Positions 23,882 to 38,020 of a stretch of DNA of 64,000 bases are shown here, piece after piece. Both the position numbers and the translations under genes were made by a program. Under the pieces are notes generated by a model. That model saw nothing but the letters and a program-made list of their open reading frames with translations. It searched no databases and was not told where the DNA came from. Within the stretch, counting starts at the first letter, position 1. Each line of letters begins with the position of its first letter. This DNA comes from Eutreptiella sp. 'Long Island Sound 2002' (Eukaryota > Protista > Euglenida): the NCBI GenBank assembly GCA_964036045.1, contig OZ038378.1, positions 199,392,001-199,456,000 of the forward strand, written 5' to 3'.

Positions 23882-26800
23882 CTTTAGACGAGCAGTAAAA
23901 GCAGCCGCAGATGCGCATGTTTTGAGACCTGCAGCATTTTTTGGCATCGTAGTGGCTGTCCCCCCCTCCCCCTTCCATTGAGCCGGTCTTGGCTCCTGCT
24001 GCCGAGGAGCTGAGTTCGCTGCTCTTGAGGAGCGCGGACCCTAAAAGAGCTCCCCAAGAGCCCTGCTCCTAGCTCTTAAGGAGCCCGGCCCGTAAGCTGC
24101 CCCTACAACTGCTCTTGAGGAACGGCACCCCTACTTTTCACGAGCAATAGTTTGTGAAGAGCACTACCCTTGCTTTTGAGGAACAATTGTGCTCCTCAGG
24201 AGCAGCACCTTTGCTGTTGAGGGGCAAAAATTCCAAAAAAAATGTTTTTACTTTTCGCATCATTCTTACACACACCGCTCACCATTTACCCTAAATGCAG
24301 GCCAAAGATCATCGAATCATCACGTAAAAAGCGAAGTGGTCAATACAAGAGCCTTTAATAAACATTCACCGCAATTTTGGTTTACATAAATTCAGATGAT
24401 TGCGCAAGATATGCCATGAGGACACACATGTCGAGGTGTAGTGCTGCCAAGGAACGTTTTCTAAGGTTGGTACTTCTCAAGGGCGCTTCTTAGATGGGTG
24501 CTTCTGAAGAACCGGGGTTGATGCTCCTTGGGCAAGGGATCGGCGGTCTATAGCCATTCACAAGGTACCATGTTGGTTGTACTTCGGTCACACGAAATAG
24601 GTAGTTCATTTGCGGTTTGACAAATTTTTTCTGCTACAAGTAGGATTTTTCCACGGTTCGTCCATTTTTTTTCTTCTGCTTAGCTTTAGCATTGTGCATC
24701 ATGTTTCTGAATATGAAGCCGTTTTAGCCCCGGGCATGTAAAATTAGTGTAATTCAACAAAAGGGACTACACATACTCTACCATATTGGAGTTTTTTGGG
24801 CAGCAAAGAAGAAAAGTGCTACATATCCTTGCCGCATCACGATTAGTCCCTTGCGAGACTCATGGCAACATAGCTCTTGCAGTCTTGGCAGCCTCTTCAT
24901 TGGATTAGGCCTTTCTTGTTGAATTGCTCAGCCATGCATTTGTTAAGTAACACTGGTTTTGTGTGTTTTTTGATGCTTTTCGTCTCCGCAAAGCATGTTT
25001 GTTCCGTTGCATTCAGTCCGGGCAACACTTCAAATGCGATTCGCGGGGTTTGCTTCGCACTTCACGTTGTTGCAAGACACACATTTCACTGACATTCATA
25101 CATGCGTTCCTTTCAAAGCAAACAACAATGGCCCATACATGTTAGGGTCGCCAAGATTCTGGAAGCTAACTAGGCTTGATAGCCCCCTTTGGGGTCTAGG
25201 GTGCAGCCACCATTGTTCATAAGCAGCAAGCAAGTAGCACCATTAAGCACGCGTAAAATGTGCAACAATCACAACTCCGTTGTGGTGCATCGGACTCAGC
25301 TGTAGTTTTGGTAGATAGCCATGGGTGTGCAATACAATCCTACACCATTTGAGCATGACTATCCACGGTGGCGGCCGTGAACAAGAGAACACGCATCGCC
25401 AGGTTTGGACGCGTGGCCCACGTCTCTAAGCATGTGCCCAATGCGGTCATACGGCCCAACCCTCCGCCTCACTTGCACGGGCCCTATCTTGTGCTACCCC
25501 CAATGCACAGGGGCATTTCATCAGGGCCGAGACTTTTCAAGGCAAAGGTGGAGGACGGCTATATTCTTCGAAGAAAAATTCAATGTTGAATTGCATATGG
25601 CTTTGTCGCTTTGCAATGGTTTGGTGAGGCCGGGACAGGGAGTTTTTTTTGTCTGCAAAAGGGGAGTTGCGGTGGTTGGGGGGAGGTTCACCCCAAACGT
25701 GGGTTTTTTTATACTTAAGAAGGGGTGTAAGGGTTTTTTTTAGGGACAGTACCAAAGCTCTCCAACATGGGTTTTTTTGTCTAAAACTCCGGGGCTCTGT
25801 TTTTTGCACCCCTTGTGACAGGTGCCGATGAGGTGGGGACTAGAATTGGCTGGGGGTGTTCAACAAACTCTGAGGCAGGGTTTTGTGCCACCGGTAGGAG
25901 CAACATCTTGGAAACCTGGCAAATGGTGATGGAGGGTTGTTTGAGGAACATTTTGGCAGGGCTTTGGCAGGAGGTTTGGGGCGACGTCTGGGGGAGAGTG
26001 TTTGGCTCTTTAAGAGAGTTTTGGGGAGAGCATTGCTTTGGTGCTTGGCATATGCATCAAAGAGCATTGTGTCGCATTCAAGACGGGGTGTGAGATCCAG
26101 CATTCATTCTACGGCGGCTTAGGCTGCCAACTGGAGTACAACGCAATAACCATTGAGGCCAGAGAGAAGTATGGGGAGATGGGAGGCAAAGAGATGGTGC
26201 AGCCCGTTGGTTACGTAAGCGGGTTGAATTGTTTGGATCACTTTGTAATGACATGTGTGGTTGTACACGAGGTGGTTTATACATGGCGGTGGTTAAAAAC
26301 CCGAAGGGGCATAATAAGAAACAGAAACAATAGAAGTATAAAATTTTTCACAGTGCATCAATTTGCAACTGCAAAGTTCGTACTGCACTAATAGGGCTGG
26401 CTATGTTGTTCGTTATGCTTTGTCATTGCATTGTTTGTTGCTGTTTGTTTGAAACACGGAGTTCCAATAACCTCAAACTAGGGACAATCTGGGCACATGG
26501 GAGAATCTTTGGGTGGTTTGTGGGAGTTGCCATGATTCATTTCAAGCGAGAAGTCTATAGATTTCATCCATTTGTGCCTATTACCCACGGAGGGGATAGA
26601 CCTTGCTGCTTATGCCGTCAAAGGTTATAAGAGGTTTTATCAATTAATCAAAAGATTTGCTTATTGGCAAGTATTGGACGTTGTTTTCAAACAATTGGCA
26701 CAACTGGTTAATTTGAACGCTAATTCAAAGGAAATAATCAGAGCGATTATGAATTGTGAAGATTTGTTTTGATGATACATTGTGTCTTTCTTATCGCTTG

Positions 26801-29728
26801 GAAAAGAAAGTTTTGTTTTGATGGGCGGTTCAGTTCCACATTGCAAAATGAAGCTTTTTAGAAACTATTGAGCATTCTAATTTGGCTTGTATGGTCACTT
26901 TTGCCAAAAACCGAGAAATTGGTTCTTTAGAACTCTAATAATCGGCAAACGGAGGTGTTTTGAAAACCCATAATAGCCAAGGTTATTTTAAAATCCATCA
27001 TCCAAAGAAACCAACTGTCCTAAAACTAGGAGGTTGAACACTCTATGATGTAGCGATTTTTGGAGCTCCCCGCCCTTGAAAGTTCACGACAGCTAGGGTT
27101 GCACACTCACTTTTTGTTCTTCTTCTCGGGGAACCCGGTATGGCAGGGGTTATGTAGCCGCGTTTTCTTCCTCTCCACGCTAGGTGCAGTAGGGACTATT
27201 TTGCTACGATGTTCTTCTATGCGAAGGGACCACGATACGGTATGGGGCATTTACCCACTTTTGTTCATCCATGCTGTCGGGTATTTGATACGGCACGGGT
27301 GACGTGGCCGCTATCCATACATTTCCAAAGTTGTTGCCCCAATACAGTAGTGGGTGAGTAGCTTATGTAACCCACCTAACGGTGCTACCACTTTAGAGTT
27401 AAGGTCATGCATCGATTGTTGTTCCCCACAACTTTCCAAACTCCAATACAGGAAGGGTTGTCCATCTACTTCTAGTTTGTTGTCAGTCTGGAGATTGTGT
27501 AGCCTCCATCCACACCCCTTTGGGGAATTGGCACCTTGATGCCATGCGGTAAGGGTGATGTGGCCACCTTTTTTCTTCCTTTGTATAGCAGCTGCAGTAG
27601 GGCAAGAGTTATGCAACTAATCTTGATATGACAAGGGCTATGTAACCACGGTTGTTCCTCCTTCCTTTAGAGACGCTGATACGGCAAATGTTGAACTAAA
27701 ACAACCATTTAACACCCAAAAAGTATTGTCTAATTGCCTCATTACCAAAAAAAATTTCAACTGTTCTTGCCGTTTGTTTCATGGTTTAAAAGTGAACAAA
27801 AACTACGTGGCTAATAACCTTGTGTAAATTTATATTGTGCTACTTGTTTTTTGTTTGCAAGCCGCATTGCAAAAGGGAAATAATCGCGTCGCAGTACAAT
27901 TAATTGTAAACGGATTGAGATACATACACGGTGGTTCAATCATGTGAAGATTGTGTAAATTCAAAGTTTTGCATTGTTACATGCTTTAGGAATTCTTCAT
28001 CATTGGTGCGATGGGTCAAATAGCAGGCACACAAATCGGTCAGGTCTATGGTCAAAGAGATCAAGGGCAAGCCCGGGTCGAAGTGGCAGCAAAAGTCAAG
28101 GCATGTGCAGGCAGGTGCATCAAATCAAGTGGTTGACAAACAAAGATGTGGAGGAGTTGTGCGATGCAATGCAGCTTGCCATTGAAGGGACATGCAAACT
28201 GAGTAAGTTCGAGAGGCAAATTGTCCCGAAGTACAAAAAAAATCAGTTGTATCTGCACCACGGCACCATTGGGCGGTACTTACGGGCGGTTCTTAACAAA
28301 AGAAGAGTCCTCAAGCCCCCCTGCGAGGTTCACTGGAAACCTGACATGGTCGCTTGACGCTCAGGATATTACTTTGGGTCTCTGGAGGGAAGCAGGACAC
28401 AGAACATCAGAGACAGGAACTTAACACGGCGCATGGCGGCTGGAAACACGCCAGCCGAACACTCAACTTGGCTGCTGGATGGTACCTGGGAACCCCCTAG
28501 CATTAGGGAGTCTGCACGACGCGGGGCTTAAGGGGTGGGTGAGGGGGGGGATGAGGTTTTTTTTTGCTTCAATTTGCTTCGAACATCAGAAGCTTCTTGC
28601 AGCGCTACTACCCAATGGCCCGGTCCATTGCGCCACCCTCCCCTCGCAGAATTCTGGAGACTTCATTACCCCCCCCCCCCGTTCGCCTTCGCCCAGGTAT
28701 TGCCCGCTACCGCCACCGCCCAGGGCACTCTCAACTCTGTGACTTTCTGCATCGGCAACTCTCACCGTATCACATGCGTTCCGGCTTGAGTGCAACCGCA
28801 GCACAGATCCGACCGGAGGTGCGCATCACTCAACCCTCGAACAGGTGAGGCCATGCCCCAATCCGGCCTCAACCAAAGCCTTGTCCTCCGCTGCTGATCT
28901 CTTTTTTGGGAAAGAACCGCGTCTACCGACGGACGCCCCCATGAACCACCGCATGCGCCGAACGCACTGCCAGTCTCATGAGCACCCCCGCCCGCCTGTG
29001 GGCCGCGGACCTGCCGCACCGCCGCTTCGGCCCTACGCACCGCTGCGGACCGCATCCTTCCGCACTCCCGACTGCGCTACCTGATCGAGAGGGAGAGACT
29101 GAGAGCAATGGTAGGGTCTCATTGACTGAATGCCCCCGCCGTAGGCACTTTCAGCCTCTAGTCCAATGACGTGTGTCCTTCACAGTAAAACTGCAATCCA
29201 CTGTGTGCACTGGGCTGTGCCCTACTTTGAAGCTTCACCGCATGTTGTCAGACCAAGGCTCTCCATGCACAGTACAGGACAAAGTCTTGTGAACCTCAGA
29301 CGGTACTGGGGTGGGGCGTGGGGGCTAAATCAGCATCCCCGGAATTTTGGCCGACCCACCCCTATACCCGGGAGGGGGGGGGGTCAGGGAGCTTGGTCGA
29401 CCGTCAACGTTGCCCCCAATTCCAAATAACCTGCTCATTGCAGCGTTCTCCTTGCCCTTGTTCCTCTTGGCTTGCAACAAAGTGTGATGCTGCTGGTGCC
29501 ACTTGTGCTCTTGAATTTCGTTGAGACGATCCCTGATGATCATCCCACATTCATGTTCTTTTCTTTTCTTATTGTTTTGTGGCTCTGACCCACCCAGCCA
29601 CCCAGCCACCCACCCACCTCAAACACAGGCTCTGTTAGTGGTCCTCGGCACTCCTCTGGCCTCAGAGGTTGACTGGTGGGCCCTCGGTTCTCTTTTCCGC
29701 AAGCACCCGCTACCCGTTCCGGGGGCTG

Positions 29729-30937
29729 TCACGCCGCCTCCCGCACGCACCGGAACCCCACGGCCCCGGAACGGTCGTACGCCTCAGCGAACAGCAGCAG
29801 TTTGCCGTGCGTGTCCAGGGGCCGGGCCTGCGGGAAGTACCAGTCGTGGTCGACCCCGGGCCCGCAGACCTGCCCGCGCTCCACGTGGCACCGCCCCGTC
29901 GGCCGGTAGTTCGAGCCCCCCTTGAGCAGCACCGCCCGAGTGTGCGCGTCGCGGAACTCGTCCGTGTACTGCCAGACGTTGCCCACGAGGTCCGCGACGC
30001 CGAACGGGCTGTCGCCCGCGGGGCTGTGCGCCGTCACCGGCTCCGGCCCCGGCCACGCGGTCCCGGTGTGGAGCGCCGGGGCGCGCGCGGCGTCGGGCGC
30101 GTCGCCCCACGGGAACCGGCGGCCGTCGAGGCCCTGCGCCGCGTACTGCCACTCCCACGCGTGCGGCAGCCGCGCGCGCGCCCACGCGCAGTACGCCCGG
30201 GCCTCCGCCAGCGACACGTGCGTCACCGGCGCGTCCGCGGGGGCGGGGGCGTAGGCGCGGCCCGGCGCGCCCCAGCGCCGCAGCCACCGCGACGGGTCCG
30301 CGGGGCGGTAGCCGGTGGCCGCGAGGTACGCGGCGTACCGGGCGTTGGTGACCGGGAAGCGGTCCACCCACAGCGGCGGGACGGCGACGACGCGGGCGTG
30401 CGCGCGCGCCGGGGCCGCCTCCCACGGGAACTGGAAGTCGACCCCGGCGCCCCCCGGGAACCGCCCGCCCGCCCCCTCGATCTCGACGCCGGTGGTCGCG
30501 AAGCGGAACGCCGGGGCCGCCGGCAGCAGCAGCATCCCGGCGGCGGGGGGGCCGCCGGGGCAGGGCGGGGCCGGCACGAGGGCCTGGGGCAGCGGCGCCC
30601 ACGCGGTGGAGAGGCCGCTCAGCGGCCGCCGGGTGAGCGACTGCATCTGCGAGAGGAACAGCCGCAGGGCCCGAAGGGGGACGCCGGACGCCCCGGCCTC
30701 CGAGGGGACGCCGAGCAGACAGCCGAAGCCCAGGCCCTCCAACGGCACTGCCAGCGTAGTCTGCCCGTCGGAGGGCCGGGCAGTGAGCGCCGTGCCGTGG
30801 TAGCAGTCGTAGTACTGGCGGCCGGGGCCCGGGCGGGGGGCGGCCACCACCGCCCCGCCGGGGGTGGGGCGCGGGCTGCGGTTCACCAGCAGCCAAACCT
30901 CGTCGCCGTGGGAGCCCACAAAGCGGCTGGCGAACAC
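29729..30937 (-). CDS. FGE-domain protein, terminal exon C (FGE-sulfatase/SUMF1-like domain)
   Basis: Acceptor tcccag|GTG TTC at 30938. The 402-codon ORF contains VDRFPVTNARY, PVTHVSLAEARAYCAWARARLPHAWEWQYAAQG, FPWG, DLVGNVWQY, KGGS and GFRC. It continues exon B as PTLLPGE|VFASRF. Confidence 0.92.
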   Translation of the reverse strand: MFASRFVGSHGDEVWLLVNRSPRPTPGGAVVAAPRPGPGRQYYDCYHGTALTARPSDGQTTLAVPLEGLGFGCLLGVPSEAGASGVPLRALRLFLSQMQSLTRRPLSGLSTAWAPLPQALVPAPPCPGGPPAAGMLLLPAAPAFRFATTGVEIEGAGGRFPGGAGVDFQFPWEAAPARAHARVVAVPPLWVDRFPVTNARYAAYLAATGYRPADPSRWLRRWGAPGRAYAPAPADAPVTHVSLAEARAYCAWARARLPHAWEWQYAAQGLDGRRFPWGDAPDAARAPALHTGTAWPGPEPVTAHSPAGDSPFGVADLVGNVWQYTDEFRDAHTRAVLLKGGSNYRPTGRCHVERGQVCGPGVDHDWYFPQARPLDTHGKLLLFAEAYDRSGAVGFRCVREAA

Positions 30938-31828
30938 CTGGGGACAGCGGTGGCGCGGGCAACGGCGGCGGAGATCGCTCCGGGGCTCCGGTGGAGCACC
31001 GCACGCACCCGGAGGGGGACTGACGGACGCCCGCCGCCAGGCGCCTACGCACGCGCGCAGGCGACCGACCGAGGCATGACCTGCGAGAGCCCCCCCACTG
31101 TACGGAGTGGGCGGTGGGTGACCTTGTCTTCTACCTGACGCGCCACCTGGAGTAACGGCTCAGGTCGATGTACGGAGTGAGCTCGGGTACGGGCTGCGCG
31201 CATTCCTGGGGTCGTGTTGGTGGTATGGGGCACGTGCAAAACAATGGGATAATGAAAGAAATCGGCCAAAGGGATGGAACATTGGTATCCCCGAGGGGTC
31301 AAAGCACGATGCACTTCTGCGTCGTACTTGGGCATCCCCCAACTGAATGACGCAACTGGAAATGCGTGCTCTGGCCCATGAGGCGCAGATGAATGAGGCA
31401 TGCAAATGCAGAACGTGCAGAATGAAGACAGAGGGTTGAGAAAGACGAACATGAGTGGGCCTGCACACTGGTGACCCCTTGGTAAAATAGAATATCTTTA
31501 ACTTGGAATGGGGTGGATGATGCAATAACAATGCAGTCGAGTACACCACATTCCCGAACTGGAGTGAAATGACCCCTTCCTATTATACTCTGTCCACTGT
31601 GGATGGTGCAGTGCAATTACCAACTGTCACTGTTGTTTGACTGCGATTGCCCAGCAGCACCCGGACCAGCCATGCTGGGAGAAGAATTTCCGACTGCACT
31701 TACGAATGGTCAACGGCGGGGGGTTAGAATGTGGAAAATGTGCCTCTGCTTGGGCAAGAAACAGCCGACTTTGCACACAGCGCGCACACAGCGCACAGTG
31801 CGCCCCCAAACAAACGCACGCATGCACG

Positions 31829-32095
<267 letters not shown>

Positions 32096-35000
32096 ACACA
32101 GGGTAAGACTACAAACACAAGCCGCCAGACCACAAGTGTCATGAAACTTTGCATCAGGTGAAAGCATCCTAAGCCGCTGACCCCAAAACGACCGGCCCAT
32201 TCCAAACATCCGCAGGGTACTGCAGCAAATGGTCTCTATCGATTGCTGTTTTGTCCTGACACTTCCTCCACTCTTGCAGGGTGGGGCAAGCAGGACATCC
32301 TGGCTGCAGAGGTCCCCCCCCCCCCTGGGAGCAAATTCAGCGAATCCCCAGAGACACGGAAATACTGCAACTGGCGAAAACAGATTTGTGCCACAAAGTG
32401 ACCGCTGAGAATCAGCCGACAGGTGCTGCGGCACATGCTAAGCGCGGACATGAGATTGCCCTCATCTTCCCCTGGTGGGCCTCCAGGGCTTGAAACGGTG
32501 TGGTGCAGTATCTGTTCTCTGCAGGCCCACCCCCGAGTGCACTGCACTATCTTTCGGTAGCATGAGGGGCCCTTGCCAACTCGTATTGCTAGATATGGAC
32601 TGGTAGTCGTTCTGCATAATTGTTGGCAAACCGAAAACTACATCATACAAAATGAAAATGCTTGCACAAAAGTGCAATATTTGGGAGCATGCCTCAACAA
32701 GCTTGAAATCTGCCAACCGGGATAAACACATCCAGCACAAATTGATTCAGGGTTGCGGTCACTGTTGGTGCAACCAGTCAGGTCTCAGGCCCCCTTTGAA
32801 GGTGTAGTACCAGCAGGTCGCCAAGAGCATGTGCACGATGGCCAAAAACGATGGGGCAGTACTTGCGCCACGCATGTGCACACTACGCGCTACTTGGGTG
32901 GCAAATACAGCCGGAATGTGCTGATTTCCCCCTCCCAAATGTCCCCTAAGGAGAGCAAACACTATTGTAGATACATCCCCCTTTCCCACAAAAATAGCAC
33001 AATGCAGAGCACAATGCAATTGGCACCCACTTCATGATCTTTGAAACGGCCCTTGGCCTGTTGTGGCAAATTGCGCTGCTTGCCAAATAAGCACATCCGC
33101 AGAGGTGCTTGGCGCGAGAGGACAAATCCAAACATCAACACAACACCTTTCGTGTGGACGCCGCCAAATAGCCGTGCTGTGTACGCGCAACATCAAGTGC
33201 TCCCCCTGTGACTCGACCCAAGTGGCTCAGATTGGGCCTGATTTTTGCTGAATGACAACTTGCAATACAATATGAAATTAATAACGTTCGCACACTGACG
33301 TCTCATGGCAGTTGTGCTGCTAGCGCATTGTGCACTGTATGCGTATGCAATTCCTACCCCTCATGCATGGTGCTAGCATTTTGATTGATTGGTTTCTCAG
33401 TGTGCACTTACAGCCCGAAGGCTAGGCTTCCATTTGAAGTGCGTAGGTGCGGAATTAGGATCTGTGGTGGGTTTTGTCTTTGGTGAACCATGCTTTTTGC
33501 GTAAGCCATTTGGAGGGTGCTTTGAAAACCCTGCATGGAAATCTCTCGGCATTCTCTGGGGGAGTTTCTTTGAGAGCATCTGTGTGGCTGCTTTCCTTAA
33601 TTGCGGACAGTTTGCATGAATGTAGCGTAAATGGCCTCATCGCCATGGCAAGGATACCCCAGTCAAAATTGGACTGACCACGTGGACCGTGTGGATGAGT
33701 GCCAAAGGCCCTGTACAACTCGGCGGTGGACCACAGCAGGGAAAATTCTAGGCCACCAACACCCACTATGAAAAAAAGCAACTGGTGTTTAAACAACAGC
33801 AGTTGGTACTTCAACAATAGCAGTTGGCCAGCACCGCTGTCGGTAACCAATATTGGTTGGCTCGTGGCTGCCAGCAATCGGCAGGCGCTCCTGCAGCCTT
33901 AAGCCTTATTGGGAAATACACATGAGTCACTAAGGAGGGCCCTGAAGCTCCAACCAAATGCCAGTTGAGGTCATGTTTGGCAAAACCTAGAAGATGTGGG
34001 GTGCTGGAAATCGTGTTCATGACACCTTGGGGCATCCACATTGTGTTGAAAAGCACAAATATCATGCTTTTGCATAGAACCCGTGTTCATGGGTTAAGCC
34101 GATTTTCAGCTCATAGGCATGCAGCCTCGTCTTGTTGGGTCACAAATTGAGTGGATTTGGACACCTATGGTTGCGCAAGAAGTGAATTGTCTATTTGGGT
34201 GGATGCACGGTCGGTGCTGACACAGTGCTTGCTACTCGCTCACATAGATCGCCAACTGAGGTTGGCAGCCAATGATTGCACAAAAATTGAAGCGTCAAGC
34301 ATGCCTTAGCCCGGTACCTATGGCCCACCATCAACCCAAAATTTGCAGGAAAAAAAATGATTGTGGACCCCTCACGGTCCCAACAGGCTATCCGCTGATT
34401 GGAGGGGGCTGGGCAGGAGAGGGGATGGTGAGTGTCCTTGTCCTGGTCCCCAAACGTCCAAACTGTCTAATGGGCCGGCTCCAACTTCAATAAGGGGAAA
34501 GGGGCAATTACACCTCAGTGCATTGGGCCTCTGTAGGAGGGTGCCCCTCCCCGTGTAAAGATTTGAGATGGTCCCCCTCCTCTCTCTGGAAATAAGACAC
34601 CAGACGCCCCAAATTTGGCAAACTTCTGTCATGACATGTCAACCTCCCCCATGGAACACTGTAGTTGTGATCTAAAGGTGGGGAGCAATGTAAATCAGTT
34701 GCAATGCGCATCAACCTGGGCAGGTATTTGGATTCGGTTGGACAGAATACCTATCATTCATGGTGGACATTGACTGTATGCTACATTGAAACTGCACCCA
34801 CTTGTTCACTCCAAACATGGCCCCACTTCAAAGGGGAGGTAACAATTAAAATTTGCCCCCTCCGCTCCCCCCCCCCCCCCCGTACAACCCCACCACACCC
34901 CTCTATGGGAGCTCCCGGGGCCCTGTGTGGTCCAAATAAGGGGTGCCTTGCACCGGGCGGCTCCAACAGCCAACCTGGCACGATAGCAGCGGGAGCACGG

Positions 35001-38000
35001 GAGCGCCCACTGCACTCACCTCAGAGTTTGAGCAAAAAGTGAAGGGTGTGAAGAGTGAGACTGCAAGCCCCCCCCCCCCCCGCCCGGTGTCCCTTGTCCA
35101 TGCAGAGGTTCACATTGAAGGCTCCCGGAACTAGGCCTCCGGTTAAAAGTGCCCCTACCTAGACCCGTGCCCCGTGCCCCGTGCCCCGTGCCTTGCAGCT
35201 TGCGGGACGACGAAGGCAATCGCTTGAGCCGGCTGCAGCACCGCTGCTTGGGAGAGACAATGGCATCCTGAGTGCCCGTATGGCCCGAGGAGAGAACCGT
35301 GTGTATGGACGTTAGACAAGGCCTTGCTTGTGCAAAGGGGGGGGGTCTACTTTTGATTGCTTATGTCTGCATCTCTGGACTGCTGCTTCTTCATGATGGA
35401 GCACCTCACAGAGCCAAACTGAGTGCTGTTGCTGGACAATGGCAATCTCGGGTCATTGCCACATCAATGGGAATGATGTGTGCACCTTTCCTCACTGGAA
35501 CTTCAGTGGCTTGCAGCACTGCTCCGTGTGGACTGCAACTCAATGTGTGGTCAATCGTGCATCTGCCTGGCCTTCCAAAGTGTCCTGGCGCATATTGCAC
35601 AATGAATAGATGCCTAAACTCTGCGCCTGCAAGTCGACAGTCGTTTGGCAGATGCAAGCATTGACATTGGTACCCTTCGGGGGGCTGGGGTGGGGGCGCC
35701 ACTTCTCCCATGCTCCACTTTCCTCCGCATTGTAGCAAGAATGAATATTGGGACCGAGCTGGTGGGGGAGGGAACATCAGCTATGAATGGTGAGGGACAC
35801 CAATGAGTCACACATTGAAGGCCGTTGACAGAGTGGAATCGGCTTGCAAGTGATCCCCTTCACCACAAGGCCCACTTTCAAGGCTTTTTTGGACTTCTGA
35901 GGGGCCAAAATGCCCCCAAAATGGGCTCAAAATAGGTTGTGGCTGTGGGACAGCATCGGGTAGTGATGTAACCGCAGGACAGGTCGTGATTGCAGTCATC
36001 ACCAGAGGCACGTTCCTGTGAGATAGTTCTTGTGCAATCGAAATCCGAATGCAGACCGACCCCCCCTCCCCCTTGCGCAAGCACAGCCGCAGTCCCAGAA
36101 AACCAAACGAAACAGCGGTTGAATGCCCACCTCATGCTTAGACAAGACTGTGTTTGCGTGGGACATGCACAACAGCAAAGCGTGCGCACCGATGTTCTTA
36201 CCAAACCTTACCCAAAGCATGGCACACTGCGCAAGCGACACCCCGCATATTCTGACTGTCCTCATTGGCTGCCAGGGGCATCAGGCGCTGTGGAACAGAA
36301 GCCCTTTCCAACCTTCCCCCTCATCTTAATCAATTGGACATGCTTGCCCTTTGGGGTAGGCTTTGGGACACGTTTCGCGGCAGGGTTCGGAATGGGTCTG
36401 GGCTTCCTATTCCTTGCCATAAAGCCATCATCCACAATATCCTGCATGAAGTATAGCTCGCGCTCAAAATGTGTGGTAGAATGATGCTATGAACAGAATG
36501 AACAATCACAGTCATGAGTGAGCCCCTATTTCCTGGTACAACCACCTCACGAACACCCAATCTTACAATCGGGACCACACAAACAGCGGTGCCAAAAAAT
36601 CCTGAAAACGGCGGTTAAACGCCCACCTCATGCTTAGACAAAGCCGTGCTTGAGCAGGTGGGGGGGGGGGTAAGTACAAGCCCGCCCCATTCCACCTGTT
36701 CAAAGCACGCTGACACTGTCTGCCCTTTGTGTTTCCACACAGATTGTGTGCGAGAATGCAAGATGACGCAGATGAGAGCCTGTAATCGTCGGAAAGAGGG
36801 TTGAGTCGCATGTTAAACTTGCGTCTGTGTGTATCATCGCCGTTGTGCTGCTGAGACAGCCGCTTTGCATGCATATATTGCATCCCCCCAAGACCAAGGG
36901 GTCTGTGTGGTGCAGCATGTACAGGAAGGCAAGGGCAGCTGCGTCTGCTGTTCAAGGCAGCAACATGACACGGAGTTCCGGTGGTTGGGAAGATCACTTG
37001 CATTCCCGTTGGGTTGAGGCCGGGTATGCTCCTTGTACGCAGATGCCCCCGGTTGACCTGCCACCCGGGGACCCTAGCGTTTGGGGTTGAGGGCATTGGG
37101 GCGCGATGGAAGGCGGCTGGACCGAGATGATGGCCGCAGCGGATCAGCGGACGGTGAACCAAAGGCAAACAAATAGTTGGAGACTCAGGCCAACAGCATT
37201 TGAACAACCAAAAGACGGCGAGGGGGGGCGGGGGGGGCACAGGGCTGAATGACACAGCAGAGCGATTCGAAGAGCAATCAACAGTTACCATGTACCTTCA
37301 ACCTCAAGAAAACGATGAACACCACAGTTTCAGTAGGTGCCTCTGGGCCTCTGGGCCCATACCTGAGCCCATCTATAAACTGGCGTATCCCAGCCCCAAC
37401 AACCCCGCCTCATCCCAGCACTTCCATTCGTAACATGACGACAGAAGCCCCATGTCTGCTGGACATGCATGCGACTGTCGGTGTGATACCCCCCAAAAGC
37501 CACCCGGTGCAAAATGCGAAGATGCCGCAGGACTGTAGGTGCCAGAATGCTTCCTCCCACTACGCTTAGTTGACCGACAACCGCCCCAGTGCCGCAGATT
37601 TCACACGGCGCAGTCCTGTTGGGTCGCCCCCGGGCAATTCCCGCTGTGGCCCCGTGGGCTGCATGCCAAAGGGGACCCCCCCCCCCCAGAGTTTTGCTCA
37701 GAGGGTGGGGGCTGGGGGGGCTGTTTGGGGGGGGGGGGGGGGGCGCCCCGCCCAGGAGACCCTGAATTGTTAGAGGGGCCGAAGAATTTTTTGGCCTAAG
37801 CTGACTTGCGCCGGAGAAAAAATCGAGGTGATTTGGCGGATGGGGGGGGGGTTCGAGGGGGGGGGGGGTGTTAGCCCCCCCCCCCCCCCCCCGGCCCGCG
37901 CAGGAGATGAAGCAAGGCTCTGCACCCCTGGCGCTCCAGATTCAATGGTTCAACACATAGACTCCATAGACCAGCGCGGCGGACATGGCCAGTGCCACGG

Positions 38001-38020
38001 CATGCCCTCGGCCTCTCGTG

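Noticed and set aside
27974-28357. Protein-like 127-aa ORF sharing HTN..GLW and HWKP words with 21.2-21.6 kb (-)
   Set aside because: Spacing is not collinear (~93 vs ~72 aa) and the middles are dissimilar; no family recognised and no splice context.
29729-30937. Stand-alone GTG-initiated bacterial gene or contaminant
   Set aside because: The GTG directly follows a cag acceptor, there is no RBS, and homologous upstream parts exist as spliced exons at 57.1-57.5 and 61.2-61.4 kb.
29669-31138. 489-aa + strand ORF and other overlapping ORFs (29784-31052, 29922-30254, 30315-30803)
   Set aside because: Antisense or alternate-frame shadows of the very GC-rich FGE exon; no motifs.
35370-35620. LRR-like peptide VLLLDNGNLGSLP
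   Set aside because: A single partial repeat in a stop-interrupted frame; insufficient.
36950-37000. QGSNMTRSSGGW resembling the start of FGE exon B (QGSNVTFASLGW)
   Set aside because: Opposite strand, only ~5 identical residues, no further similarity; chance.
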